Below are positions 41,123 through 49,972 of a stretch of 64,000 bases of DNA, piece by piece; position 1 is the stretch's first letter, and each line of letters begins with the position of its first letter. The translations under genes were made by a program, and so were the position numbers. Source of the stretch: a bacterium (GTDB lineage: Bacteria; Myxococcota_A; Polyangia; HGW-17; JAJRWW01); the NCBI GenBank assembly GCA_043825095.1, contig JBDRSE010000156.1, forward strand, positions 125,309 to 189,308, written 5' to 3'. The notes below the pieces were generated by a model. That model had not been told where the DNA came from. It did not search any database and saw only the letters and a program-made list of their open reading frames with translations.

Positions 41123-41595
41123 TGAACACACGCACGCTCAGAGCCCATTTGAAGGCAAGAGGATGGTCGCAAAACGAGCTGGCAAGCCGCATCGGCGTGA
41201 GTCGTCAGGCGGTTTCACTCTGGCTCAAACGCCCAGAAATATCGGTCCGCAGCAACCACCTGTTGAGCGTGAGCAAGGCCCTCGGTATCCCGGTGGAGTC
41301 GCTGGTGCAGCCGCTTCCCGCGCTTGGAGACGAGGGCGATCACGAACTGCTCCGCGCCACGTATCTGTGGGACCGCCTGTATCCGGATCTCGATGATTTC
41401 GCGATTGCCGTCAACCGGTGGGAGCCTTCCGCCGTGGGCCGCCTGGTGCAGGTCAGCGGACTGTTCGTGGCGGAGCGACTCCTGGGACGCGCGGTGTGGA
41501 AGAAGTTCGACCTGTACAAGCACCACATTCATTCCGCGCGCCGGCAGCAGCTGGAAGGCCTGGTCAAATGGCACGAGCACCCGACGCGCGACTAG
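41123..41595 (+). CDS. XRE-family (Cro/C1-type HTH) transcriptional regulator, putative antitoxin
   Basis: N-terminal HTH LKARGWSQNELASRIGVSRQAVSLWLKR; overlaps the downstream toxin-like gene. Confidence 0.65.
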
Positions 41596-42305
41596 CCCAA
41601 CGGGTGCTTTCGCCGCCGCTCTATCGCGCTCTCCGGCACGTGTTTGCGCAGGAGCCGGCCGGGTGTATGCTCGTCGGCGGAACAGCTCTAGCCGGCTACT
41701 ACGCGGGCCACCGTCGTTCCGATGATCTGGACCTGTTCGTCCGCGACCAGTCCGCGCTCCGGGCGGCCGTCGGCGCGGTCGAAGCACTGACCCGGCTCGG
41801 CGCTGTGCTCCACCCCCGACAACGCACTCCCCAGTTCTACGACGCAACTTGTGAGCTTTCCGATCACGCCTTCACAGTGCAGGTGGTTGTCGACGCACCT
41901 CTGCACCAGGTCGGTCAGCTCAGCCGCGCCAAAGACGGCGTGTCCGTCGCCACCCTCGAAACCCTGCTCAAGCAAAAGGCCGCCACGCTGGTCAGTCGCT
42001 GCTCCGAAAAGGACCTCTACGATCTGCAGTGGCTCCTGCAGGCCCATTCCGATCTGAAGCTCGATGCTCTCGTGGCGCTGGGTTCTCAAATCGACGGTGG
42101 GATGACTGCCGAGTCCGCGGTTGTCAGCCTGGTCGGCGCCACGCTCCGGCGGGCCGCGTGCGACTTCTCAATCGCCCAGGACAGCGCCGCCGTCTACCAG
42201 GACATCACCACCCTCAGAAAGTCCCTGGTGCAGGCATTCGAAAAGCTCGCCCGCAAAGAGCCCATCGGCGCCTTCGGCGACCTCGTCCGCAGCCTCAAGA
42301 CCTGA
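41568..42305 (+). CDS. Nucleotidyltransferase AbiEii/DUF1814-family toxin-like protein
   Basis: GGTALAGYYAGHRRSDDLDLFV motif typical of AbiEii-type NTases; ATG at 41568 overlaps the upstream HTH gene by 28 nt. Confidence 0.55.
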   Translation: MARAPDARLAQRVLSPPLYRALRHVFAQEPAGCMLVGGTALAGYYAGHRRSDDLDLFVRDQSALRAAVGAVEALTRLGAVLHPRQRTPQFYDATCELSDHAFTVQVVVDAPLHQVGQLSRAKDGVSVATLETLLKQKAATLVSRCSEKDLYDLQWLLQAHSDLKLDALVALGSQIDGGMTAESAVVSLVGATLRRAACDFSIAQDSAAVYQDITTLRKSLVQAFEKLARKEPIGAFGDLVRSLKT

Positions 42306-42365
42306 AACAGGCCTCGACCCTGAAACAGACCGAACGCAGAACCGCCGGAGCCTAGGCAATTCTCC

Positions 42366-43124
42366 CTAGGGATAGACGTTGTCGATGCACAGGGCGGTGT
42401 CGTCCGTGGCCAGGGTGCACCAGTAGTCCACGCCCTGTCCTTCGTCGGTGCACCAGGGGTGGAGATCCTGCAGGCTCACGGTCTCCGACCCGGCGAGGGT
42501 GTCGGTGACGCAGCCGCTGTGACTGACCCCGTCAGACTGGCAGAACAGGCAGTAGATCGCGTCGGCCACCGTGTTGGAGACTACGCCCTCGATCAGGCTG
42601 CCGCCCGTGCCGCAGGCGCCCCCGGCGATCGCGCTCACGGCGGGGACGCGGTAGTTGCAGTCGTCCGAGCAGTAGTCGACATAGGGGCTGCCCACGGGCG
42701 CGCAGGCCCGGTCCCATCCCCCGAGGCTCACGCAGCACAGGCTGTCGCACGTGCTGTCATCGATGCAGCTGGGCGAGCAGGTGGCGGGATAGTTCGGCGG
42801 ATCGCCGATACACAGCTCGTCGCTCTCACAGGTCTCGCTGCCGCAAGTCCCGGGCTGTCCGAACTCGGCACAGGAGTGCGCAGTGCACCAGCTCGCCTCG
42901 ACGCAGACGCCGGCCCCGCCGTTGTCGGCGCACACCTCGGTGGGTCCACAGTCGCCGCTGTCGTCACAGTCGGCCCCCTGGACGCAGTCGCCGAGCAGGC
43001 AGATCTCGGACGTGCCGTCAGACTCCGGACAGCCGCCGAGGCTCAACACGGCCACCAGGCCGACCGCCCCGAGCGCCGTCCGCAGGCCCGCGCCCCTGGC
43101 CCGCGCTGTTTTCGAAATGCTCAT
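42366..43124 (-). CDS. Cys-rich secreted lipoprotein
   Basis: Signal peptide + lipobox LGGC; ~40 Cys in 250 aa. Confidence 0.5.
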   Translation of the reverse strand: MSISKTARARGAGLRTALGAVGLVAVLSLGGCPESDGTSEICLLGDCVQGADCDDSGDCGPTEVCADNGGAGVCVEASWCTAHSCAEFGQPGTCGSETCESDELCIGDPPNYPATCSPSCIDDSTCDSLCCVSLGGWDRACAPVGSPYVDYCSDDCNYRVPAVSAIAGGACGTGGSLIEGVVSNTVADAIYCLFCQSDGVSHSGCVTDTLAGSETVSLQDLHPWCTDEGQGVDYWCTLATDDTALCIDNVYP

Positions 43125-43282
43125 CTCGTGCCTCCCCGGGGCGCCTACGCCGCGCTACGGTGTCGCCGCTGGGCGCCTCATTGATCCAGACGATCGAAGC
43201 GGACGAAACCCAATCTGACCCGCTCCAAGCCAGAGTGACATTGTCGTGCGAACGCCCGGACGGGTCAAGGAGCGCCGAAGCG

Positions 43283-43330
43283 TTGGTGAGCGCCGGTGAG
43301 CGCCGGAGCGCCGGTGAGCGCCGGGAGGGT
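43283..43330. repeat. Short tandem repeat (GGTGAGCGCC x3-4) in the WD40 gene upstream region
   Basis: gttggtgagcgccggtgagcgccggagcgccggtgagcgccggg. Confidence 0.5.
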
Positions 43331-43495
43331 GTTCCGCAAAGGCGGGGGCGGGAGCCTGCGATGGGCCTGCGTTTTGCTCATTTGAGGAAGTATCGGATTT
43401 GGCGGCCTGAGGGTCGAGGACGGGCTGGCAGATTTTTTTGGGAATACCCATCGATCTTTGCACATCGTGTTTCTGGGATGGGATACGGTACTGGT

Positions 43496-44635
43496 ATGCA
43501 CCTGAAAATCAACGCCATGACCCGTGGGTTGAAACGTCTGAATGCGTGGGTCTGCGCTTGGCGCGCGCCGCTGTTGGCGGGCCTGCTCGTGGCTTGCGCG
43601 GGTGGAGCGGGGAAACCCGATCAAGTTGTGCGGCACCGCTCACCTCCCCCGGACGTACGACACCGACTGTTTTCCACCGGCCCGGCCCGGCCTTCCGCGG
43701 GTGACGTTCCGCCGGCGGCTGGAACGTCTACTCAAAAATTCACGCCCCGGGGCAAGTTCGTCAACTGTGGGGATGGAGGTCCCCATGCGTTGGTTATCAG
43801 TGGAGACGGGCGCTGGTTGGTCACAACCGAGGATCGGTATCAGGTAGTGCGCCGCGAGCTGCCCTCAGGGCGAAAGGTCTGGACGCATCGGCAGGGATCA
43901 AAGGCATTTTGCCTGGCGATCTCAGGCGACGGTCGCACCGTGGCGTCAGCGGGGCTCGACAGAGAGGTGCATCTCCTCGACGCCGCCACGGGCCGGCAGC
44001 GTCGCAAGGTGCGAAATAAAGGAGCGGCATCCGGGGTCGCCCTCGGCCCTGCGGGTCGCTGGATTGCGTTGGCAGACCAGGAGCAGTCTGGACTGCTCCT
44101 GATGCCCCTTCCATCCGGCAAGGGTCGGCGCCTCAAGGCGGCTGGGGCAGCCATGGCCGTCGCGTTTTCCCGAGGCGGTCACCTGGCGGTCGGCGACGAA
44201 GCTGGAGTGGTGAGGTTGATTGCGCCTTCATTGCGCAGTGTCACCGCAACGCACCGTGGTTTCAAACCCTACATCACCGTCGTGGGATTTTCCCCAGATG
44301 GCAAGCAACTCGCCGGCGCCGGAATCAAGGGTGAGATTCGGGTGTGGAAGACCTCCTCGGGCCGCTTGCTACGGTCCGTTTCCCTCCCTGCACCTTGGTC
44401 CGTCTCCTTCAGCCATGATGGCAAGCTCTTGGCCTCTGGTGGAGTACAAGGCCTGCGGATTTGGGAACTGGCGACGGGACGCGTTCTATTCGAGCGCAAG
44501 GGCGGTGACTACCTGTTAGCGGCCTTCAGCCCGAAGGGTCGTCAATTGATCGTCATCGGCAGCCGCAATCAGTACTCCCCCCGGATGCGCCGGACAGGGC
44601 GTACGCGCTGCCAACTGGCGATCTGGAGCTACTAG
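43496..44635 (+). CDS. WD40-repeat lipoprotein
   Basis: Lipobox LVAC; multiple WD40-like blades (VASAGLDREVHLLDAATGR, LAGAGIKGEIRVWKTSSGR, LASGGVQGLRIWELATGR). Confidence 0.65.
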   Translation: MHLKINAMTRGLKRLNAWVCAWRAPLLAGLLVACAGGAGKPDQVVRHRSPPPDVRHRLFSTGPARPSAGDVPPAAGTSTQKFTPRGKFVNCGDGGPHALVISGDGRWLVTTEDRYQVVRRELPSGRKVWTHRQGSKAFCLAISGDGRTVASAGLDREVHLLDAATGRQRRKVRNKGAASGVALGPAGRWIALADQEQSGLLLMPLPSGKGRRLKAAGAAMAVAFSRGGHLAVGDEAGVVRLIAPSLRSVTATHRGFKPYITVVGFSPDGKQLAGAGIKGEIRVWKTSSGRLLRSVSLPAPWSVSFSHDGKLLASGGVQGLRIWELATGRVLFERKGGDYLLAAFSPKGRQLIVIGSRNQYSPRMRRTGRTRCQLAIWSY

Positions 44636-44819
44636 ACCCTGCTGGCTCGGTCGAGTCACTTTGGAGACGCATGTGCAGCGTCCGGCCACGGTCCGCATGA
44701 TGGCCTGATCCCGGAATGATCGTCGTCCTTCAAGGAATAGCGGAATACGGTACACTCAGCGCGGCTCATCACTGGAGCCCTCCGTCGCCAAATCGCTCGA
44801 TCAAAGGAAAGGGATTTCC

Positions 44820-45863
44820 GTGATGTGTGCTCAAGCTTTCCGCTCCGCTTTTTTTGTCGTGACCGTACTGGTACTGACCAGCTCGGGTTGCACCAAGAAG
44901 CCGAAGGGAGAGGCCTCGAAAGGTGCTGACGACAGCCTATCCGCCATGAAATCCGTCCCCTTGGCAAAGCCCAGGCCCGAGGGTTCCGCCACGACTGTCC
45001 CACGCCCGCGAGAGGTCCCACGCCCGCGAAAGGCATCGACGGACAAGGCGTACACCATCCTGTTCCACCGCCCCCTGCGGGTGGGGCTGCGGTATCGGTT
45101 GTTGGTCAAGGCTCGCAATGACACGCGGACCACTGCAGACGGCAAGGTGCTGCCCGTGCAGACCGTCAAGTTCAGCTATGTCTACGAAGCGGTGGTCACG
45201 GTCCTGGCCGTGGATCCCAAGGGCTGGCCCACCCGAGAAGACCACAAGGTGGTCCAGCTCAAGGCGACCAAGGCCGGGAAGACCTGGGATGTCTTGGCGC
45301 GAGATGTTGTGGTGTCGGCGTCAGCCACGACTGAGAGGAAGTTCTACAAGGTGGCTGGCAAACCCGTGTCCAAGGAGGTCCTGTTCTATCTGGCCAGGGC
45401 GATCGATCTGAACGAGCGCGCTGACCCGAGCAACGACGATGTGTACGGCCCCGGAGGTCCGAAAAAACCGGGCGACCAATGGAAGGTCAATCGCGAAAAG
45501 CTGCTCGAACAGCTCCATAAAAACCTCAAGAATCAGGTCGTGCTGCCAAAGGCAAGCGACGTCATAAGCCGTGTGCGTCTGGTGGGCGCCAGGAAGAGAA
45601 AAGGCATCGATGAGCTGCTCGTCCTGGCCGTGGTCAGAGTCGAAAATCTCATCCCCAACTTCCCAAACGTCAAGGGCACCGCTGGGACCCTGAAAATGGA
45701 GCAAGGATCGATGCTTCCGCAAAACACCCGGTCCATTGCCGTCGAGCAGGCGCAAAATATTGTCATACACTTCGAGGGTCTGGTCAAAAAAGGCGACCAG
45801 CGAATCAAGCTGGTGCTCCACGGCACAGCGATCACGGAAGTGAAGCGGTCTCCCATCCCCTAG
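44820..45863 (+). CDS. Hypothetical lipoprotein
   Basis: Lipobox SSGC; RBS aaaggaaaggga; no recognisable domain. Confidence 0.45.
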   Translation: MMCAQAFRSAFFVVTVLVLTSSGCTKKPKGEASKGADDSLSAMKSVPLAKPRPEGSATTVPRPREVPRPRKASTDKAYTILFHRPLRVGLRYRLLVKARNDTRTTADGKVLPVQTVKFSYVYEAVVTVLAVDPKGWPTREDHKVVQLKATKAGKTWDVLARDVVVSASATTERKFYKVAGKPVSKEVLFYLARAIDLNERADPSNDDVYGPGGPKKPGDQWKVNREKLLEQLHKNLKNQVVLPKASDVISRVRLVGARKRKGIDELLVLAVVRVENLIPNFPNVKGTAGTLKMEQGSMLPQNTRSIAVEQAQNIVIHFEGLVKKGDQRIKLVLHGTAITEVKRSPIP

Positions 45864-45961
45864 CAGCCGCGTTAATGCCGGTGTGTTCGGCCAACTGGGC
45901 GGCACACCAGCTGGACAGTGATTCGCGTTCTGGAGACGAAATCCGGACGCGAGAGCTGGGG

Positions 45962-46031
45962 GAGCTTCATGTACGTCGGTCCCCAGGGCATCGTGCGCGG
46001 GACCGCGGCCACGCTGCTGGGCGCGGCGGCA
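45962..46031 (+). pseudogene. Orphan fragment of urocanate hydratase gene (duplicate of hutU 47648-47715)
   Basis: ~68 bp with ~85-90% identity to the internal hutU segment encoding SFMYIGPQGIVHGTTITLLGAG; no flanking hutU sequence. Confidence 0.45.
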
Positions 46032-46078
46032 AAAGATTTCTTACGCATCTGATCTTACTGGTATGATGCGTACGCGCG

Positions 46079-46891
46079 ATGCATCGGAGGCAGGCAATGG
46101 GAAAGTGGAAGCCTGAGAAATGTCGCAGGAGGACGCCCAACCTCCAAAACCAGCGATCTCAATGGGCAACGCTTGCCCTGCTCGCTGTAGGTGCCTGCAT
46201 GCAGGCCGCTTGCGGTAGCGGAACGCGGCGCCGAGGCTCCGGAAACGTGCCCGCTCCGCCCCTCAGACCCTCCGCAGCCCACAGGTCCTCCGCGACGCCC
46301 AAGCCCTCCGCGACGCCCAGGCCCTCCACGACGCCCAGATCCTCGGCGGCCCACAGGCCCACTCCGACCTCCAAGCCACCTCGACCTCGGGCAGCCGACA
46401 AGGGTCTCCCTGGGTGGAATGGTTTCGGTGGGAAGCAACCATCGCGCCCTGCCGGGCGGAGCCGCGACACCGCTGTGCTCTCGGACGGCGAGCAACCCCT
46501 GGGCGCCCTGGTCGGCCACTCTGTCGGCCCCTACGGTGCAGGGAAGTACCGCAGTTCTGTTCCCAGGGTCTTCATGAGTCGTGCGAAAGTGATTGGCCCC
46601 CTGGACGCCAGCGCGATCCGCAAGGTCGCCCGGCACCACCTGGCCGAGGTCAGGCACTGCTACGTCAGCGTGGGCATTGCCGCGAACCGCAACCTGAAAG
46701 GAAGGGTCGAAGTCAGATTCACGATCAAGCCAACCGGATCGGTAGGCACATTGCGGATTGCTCGTTCCACGCTTCACCATGCCAGGACAGAGAGCTGTAT
46801 CAAGAGCGCCATGCGTCGCTGGCGCTTTCCCAAATCCGCGAGAGGCAGCACCACCGTCAATTACCCCTTCACCTTTGTGTCCAAGGGGTAG
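46079..46891 (+). CDS. Lipoprotein with Pro/Ser/Thr-rich repeat linker and C-terminal AgmX/PglI (TonB-C-like) domain
   Basis: Lipobox AVGAC; in-frame 21-bp tandem repeat (46286-46348) encoding PSATPKPSATPRPSTTPRSS; C-terminal block HHLAEVRHCY...GRVEVRFTIKPTGSV...CIKSAMRRWRFP. Confidence 0.5.
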   Translation: MHRRQAMGKWKPEKCRRRTPNLQNQRSQWATLALLAVGACMQAACGSGTRRRGSGNVPAPPLRPSAAHRSSATPKPSATPRPSTTPRSSAAHRPTPTSKPPRPRAADKGLPGWNGFGGKQPSRPAGRSRDTAVLSDGEQPLGALVGHSVGPYGAGKYRSSVPRVFMSRAKVIGPLDASAIRKVARHHLAEVRHCYVSVGIAANRNLKGRVEVRFTIKPTGSVGTLRIARSTLHHARTESCIKSAMRRWRFPKSARGSTTVNYPFTFVSKG

Positions 46892-46972
46892 TGAGCGCCA
46901 GGGCAATCCTGCGCCTTGCCGAAGGGGTTTGAACTACGGGGTCGAAGGAGCGAGCCGCGAGGAGAGCCGACC

Positions 46973-49036
46973 ATGAATGACAGGACCGACAGGACCGACG
47001 TGAAGGACGCCGAGTTCCAGCAGGCCGTTCGCGCGGGGATTCCGCAGGAGCTGCCGGAGCTGCGGCCCGTAGACGATACGGTGGACCATGCGCCGCCGCG
47101 GCCGCAGGTGCTCAAAGGGCCGGAGCGCAGGCGGGCGTTGGAGAACGCGCTGCGGTATTTTCCGGAGTCGATGCACCGGGAGCTGGCGCCGGAGTTTGCG
47201 CGGGAGCTGGCCAAGGACGGGCGGATCTACATGCGGCGGTTCCGGCCGCGCTACGAGATGTACGCGCGGCCCATCGACGAGTATCCGGCGCGATGTCGGC
47301 AGGCGGCGGCGGTGATGGTGATGATCCAGAACAACCTGGACCCACGGGTGGCGCAGCATCCGCACGAGCTGGTGACCTACGGCGGGAACGGTACGGTGTT
47401 CCAGAACTGGGCGCAGTACCTGCTTACGATGGAGTATTTGTCGGAGATGAGCGAAGAGCAGACCCTGGTGCTCTATTCGGGGCATCCGCTAGGGCTGTTC
47501 CCTTCGCACGCCGACGCGCCGCGGCTGGTGGTCACCAACGGGATGGTGGTGCCGAACTACAGCTCTGGGGACGACTACAACCGCATGGCGGCGCTGGGGG
47601 TGACGTCCTATGGGCAGATGACCGCGGGGAGCTTCATGTACATCGGTCCCCAGGGCATCGTGCACGGCACCACGATCACGCTGCTGGGTGCGGGGCGGGT
47701 GTTTTTGGGGCTGGAGAACGACCAGGACCTTCGGGGCAAGGTGTACGTGACGTCGGGGTTGGGGGGGATGAGCGGCGCCCAGGGCAAGGCGTCGGTGATC
47801 TGCGGGGCGGTGGGGGTGATCGCGGAGATCAACCCTCTGGCGGCCAAGAAGCGCCACGAGCAGGGGTGGGTGGACGAGGTGGAGTCGGACCTGGACAAGG
47901 TGCTCCGGCGCATGGACGCGGCCCGGAAGGCGAAGGAGCCCCTGGCCCTGGCGTACGTGGGCAACGTGGTGGACCTCTGGGAGCGGTTCGTGAAAGCGGA
48001 TGTGGAGGTGGAGCTGGGCTCGGATCAGACCTCGCTGCACATTCCGTATACGGGCGGGTACTACCCGGCGGGGCTGAGCTTGGAGCAGTCCCGGGAGCTG
48101 ATGGGTCGGGACCCGGAGGGGTTCAAAGAGCGGGTGCACGCGTCGCTGCGGCGGCAGCTGGACGCCATCAACACCCTGGCGGAGCGCGGGATGGCCTTCT
48201 GGGACTACGGCAACGCGTTCCTGCTCGAGGCGTCGCGCGCCGGGGCGGCGGTGGCCGGGGATCGGCCGTCCGGCTTCCGGTACGCGTCCTACGTGGAGAA
48301 CATCATGGGGCCGCTGTGCTTCGACTACGGCTTCGGGCCCTTCCGCTGGGTGTGTACCAGCGGTGAGCCGGCGGACCTGCGGGTCACGGATCAGCTGGCC
48401 GCCGAGGTGCTCGCCGAGCTGATGGAGACGGCGCCCTGCGAGATCCGCGGCCAGCTGGGAGACAACCTGCGCTGGATCCGGCGGGCGGAGGAGCACCGGC
48501 TGGTGGTGGGCTCCCAGGCGCGGATCCTCTACGCCAACGAGGAGGGCCGCGTGAGGATCGCCCGGGCCTTCAACCGGGCCATCCGGGACGGCCGGGTGCA
48601 GGGGCCGGTGGTGCTCGGCCGGGACCACCACGACGTGTCGGGCACGGATTCTCCTTATCGCGAGACGGCCAATATCTACGACGGGAGCCAGTTTTGCGCC
48701 GATATGTCCGTGCACAACGTGATCGGCGATGCGTTCCGGGGCGCGACCTGGGTGAGCCTGCACAACGGCGGCGGCGTGGGCTGGGGCGAAGTGATGAACG
48801 GCGGGTTCGGGCTCGTGCTCGACGGCAGCGACGACGCGGATCGACGGCTGGCGGCCATGCTCTTCTGGGACGTGAACAATGGCATCGCGCGCCGGGCCTG
48901 GGCCCAGAACCCCGGCGCCGAGCACGCGGCCCGGGCCGTGATGGAGCGCGAGCAACGGATTCGGGTCACCCTGCCGAGCCATGCCGATCAGGACCTGCTC
49001 CAAGAAGCGCTGCGGGCGGCATTCTCAGAGAGCTGA
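46973..49036 (+). CDS. hutU: Urocanate hydratase
   Basis: Full-length urocanase; RBS gaggagag; ATG 46973. Confidence 0.9.
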   Translation: MNDRTDRTDVKDAEFQQAVRAGIPQELPELRPVDDTVDHAPPRPQVLKGPERRRALENALRYFPESMHRELAPEFARELAKDGRIYMRRFRPRYEMYARPIDEYPARCRQAAAVMVMIQNNLDPRVAQHPHELVTYGGNGTVFQNWAQYLLTMEYLSEMSEEQTLVLYSGHPLGLFPSHADAPRLVVTNGMVVPNYSSGDDYNRMAALGVTSYGQMTAGSFMYIGPQGIVHGTTITLLGAGRVFLGLENDQDLRGKVYVTSGLGGMSGAQGKASVICGAVGVIAEINPLAAKKRHEQGWVDEVESDLDKVLRRMDAARKAKEPLALAYVGNVVDLWERFVKADVEVELGSDQTSLHIPYTGGYYPAGLSLEQSRELMGRDPEGFKERVHASLRRQLDAINTLAERGMAFWDYGNAFLLEASRAGAAVAGDRPSGFRYASYVENIMGPLCFDYGFGPFRWVCTSGEPADLRVTDQLAAEVLAELMETAPCEIRGQLGDNLRWIRRAEEHRLVVGSQARILYANEEGRVRIARAFNRAIRDGRVQGPVVLGRDHHDVSGTDSPYRETANIYDGSQFCADMSVHNVIGDAFRGATWVSLHNGGGVGWGEVMNGGFGLVLDGSDDADRRLAAMLFWDVNNGIARRAWAQNPGAEHAARAVMEREQRIRVTLPSHADQDLLQEALRAAFSES

Positions 49037-49280
49037 GCGCCCGCGCCCGGCGGCGCAGAGATCATCAGATCTCCCCGCAAACCAGCCCCCAATCAGAGCC
49101 TCGATTAGTCATCCCTAACTTGTCGAATTGTTGTCCCATCATTATATAATCATGGGCTAAAACTATTATTATAGGATTATAGTTTAAACAAATAAGCAAA
49201 TATTCTTTCTGGGTGTTAAACTTCTGTTTGTTTTAGCATAATATGTTGAAATTCTAGTCCATTTCCCCGCCAACTTTTCC

Positions 49281-49309
49281 TTGACACACTGCGACGTGCT
49301 TGCTACCAA
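49281..49309 (+). promoter_or_regulatory. Sigma70-like promoter TTGACA-N17-TACCAA upstream of the dsrMKJOP operon
   Basis: ccTTGACAcactgcgacgtgcttgcTACCAAcc; nearly identical element at 55841-55869. Confidence 0.4.
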
Positions 49310-49417
49310 CCGGCTGAATATCGGTTTGATTTTTTGTTCTACGCTCAGGGCAAGCGCTCTGAGACGCCGCTTTCTCCCCGCTGTGCGAGGGTGAGCGCGG
49401 CGCGGAGGAACCGCATC

Positions 49418-49948
49418 GTGAGTCTGGAGGAGATCCTTCAGGGCAAGAGGCAGACCATCCTGCAGCGGTGGCTCGACCTCGTGCTCGAGAGCTACTCCCC
49501 TGACACCTCCAAGTTCCTCAAACGCAAGAAGGACCAGTTCGGCAACCCGGTCGGCCATGCGCTCACCCAGGGGCTCGGGGGGCTCTGCGACGCCGTGCTC
49601 GACGGGCGCGACCTGGACGAGGTGCAGGCCCTGCTCGAAGACGTGATCCGGATTCGCGCGGTGCAGGAGCTCCCGCCCTCGGTCGGCGTCGGCTTTGTCT
49701 TCGGGCTGAAGCAGGCCTTGGACGACGTGCTGCGCGACGCTCAGGTGAGCGCCGAGGAGCGGCGGGAGCTGGATCGTCGCGTGGACGCCCTCGCCCTGCG
49801 GGCCTTCGACCACTACGTGGCCTGTCGCCACAAGATCTACGAGCTGAGAATCTACGAGCTGAAGAGTCAGACCATGGACGTGCGGGAGCTGGTGGCCCGC
49901 CGCAAGGCTCAGCAGAAGGACAAACCATCGGACAACAACGGGGCGTAG
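49418..49948 (+). CDS. Hypothetical protein, first gene of the dsrMKJOP operon
   Basis: GTG start with RBS ggaggaa (49404-49410); no confidently recognised domain. Confidence 0.4.
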   Translation: MSLEEILQGKRQTILQRWLDLVLESYSPDTSKFLKRKKDQFGNPVGHALTQGLGGLCDAVLDGRDLDEVQALLEDVIRIRAVQELPPSVGVGFVFGLKQALDDVLRDAQVSAEERRELDRRVDALALRAFDHYVACRHKIYELRIYELKSQTMDVRELVARRKAQQKDKPSDNNGA

Positions 49949-49972
49949 CAGTACGCCAGGCAAGGTAGCTCC

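Noticed and set aside
43283-46348. Short tandem repeats as possible CRISPR array
   Set aside because: Repeat units are 10-21 bp, directly abutting without spacers, and lie in-frame within coding or promoter regions. There is no CRISPR-like repeat-spacer structure anywhere in the window.
49281-49309. Sigma-54 promoter interpretation (TGGCAC-N5-TTGC) of the ttgacac...gcttgc motif
   Set aside because: The sequence has TTGACAC rather than TGGCAC, and the spacing to GCTTG does not fit -24/-12. A sigma70-like -35/-10 with 17-bp spacer fits better.
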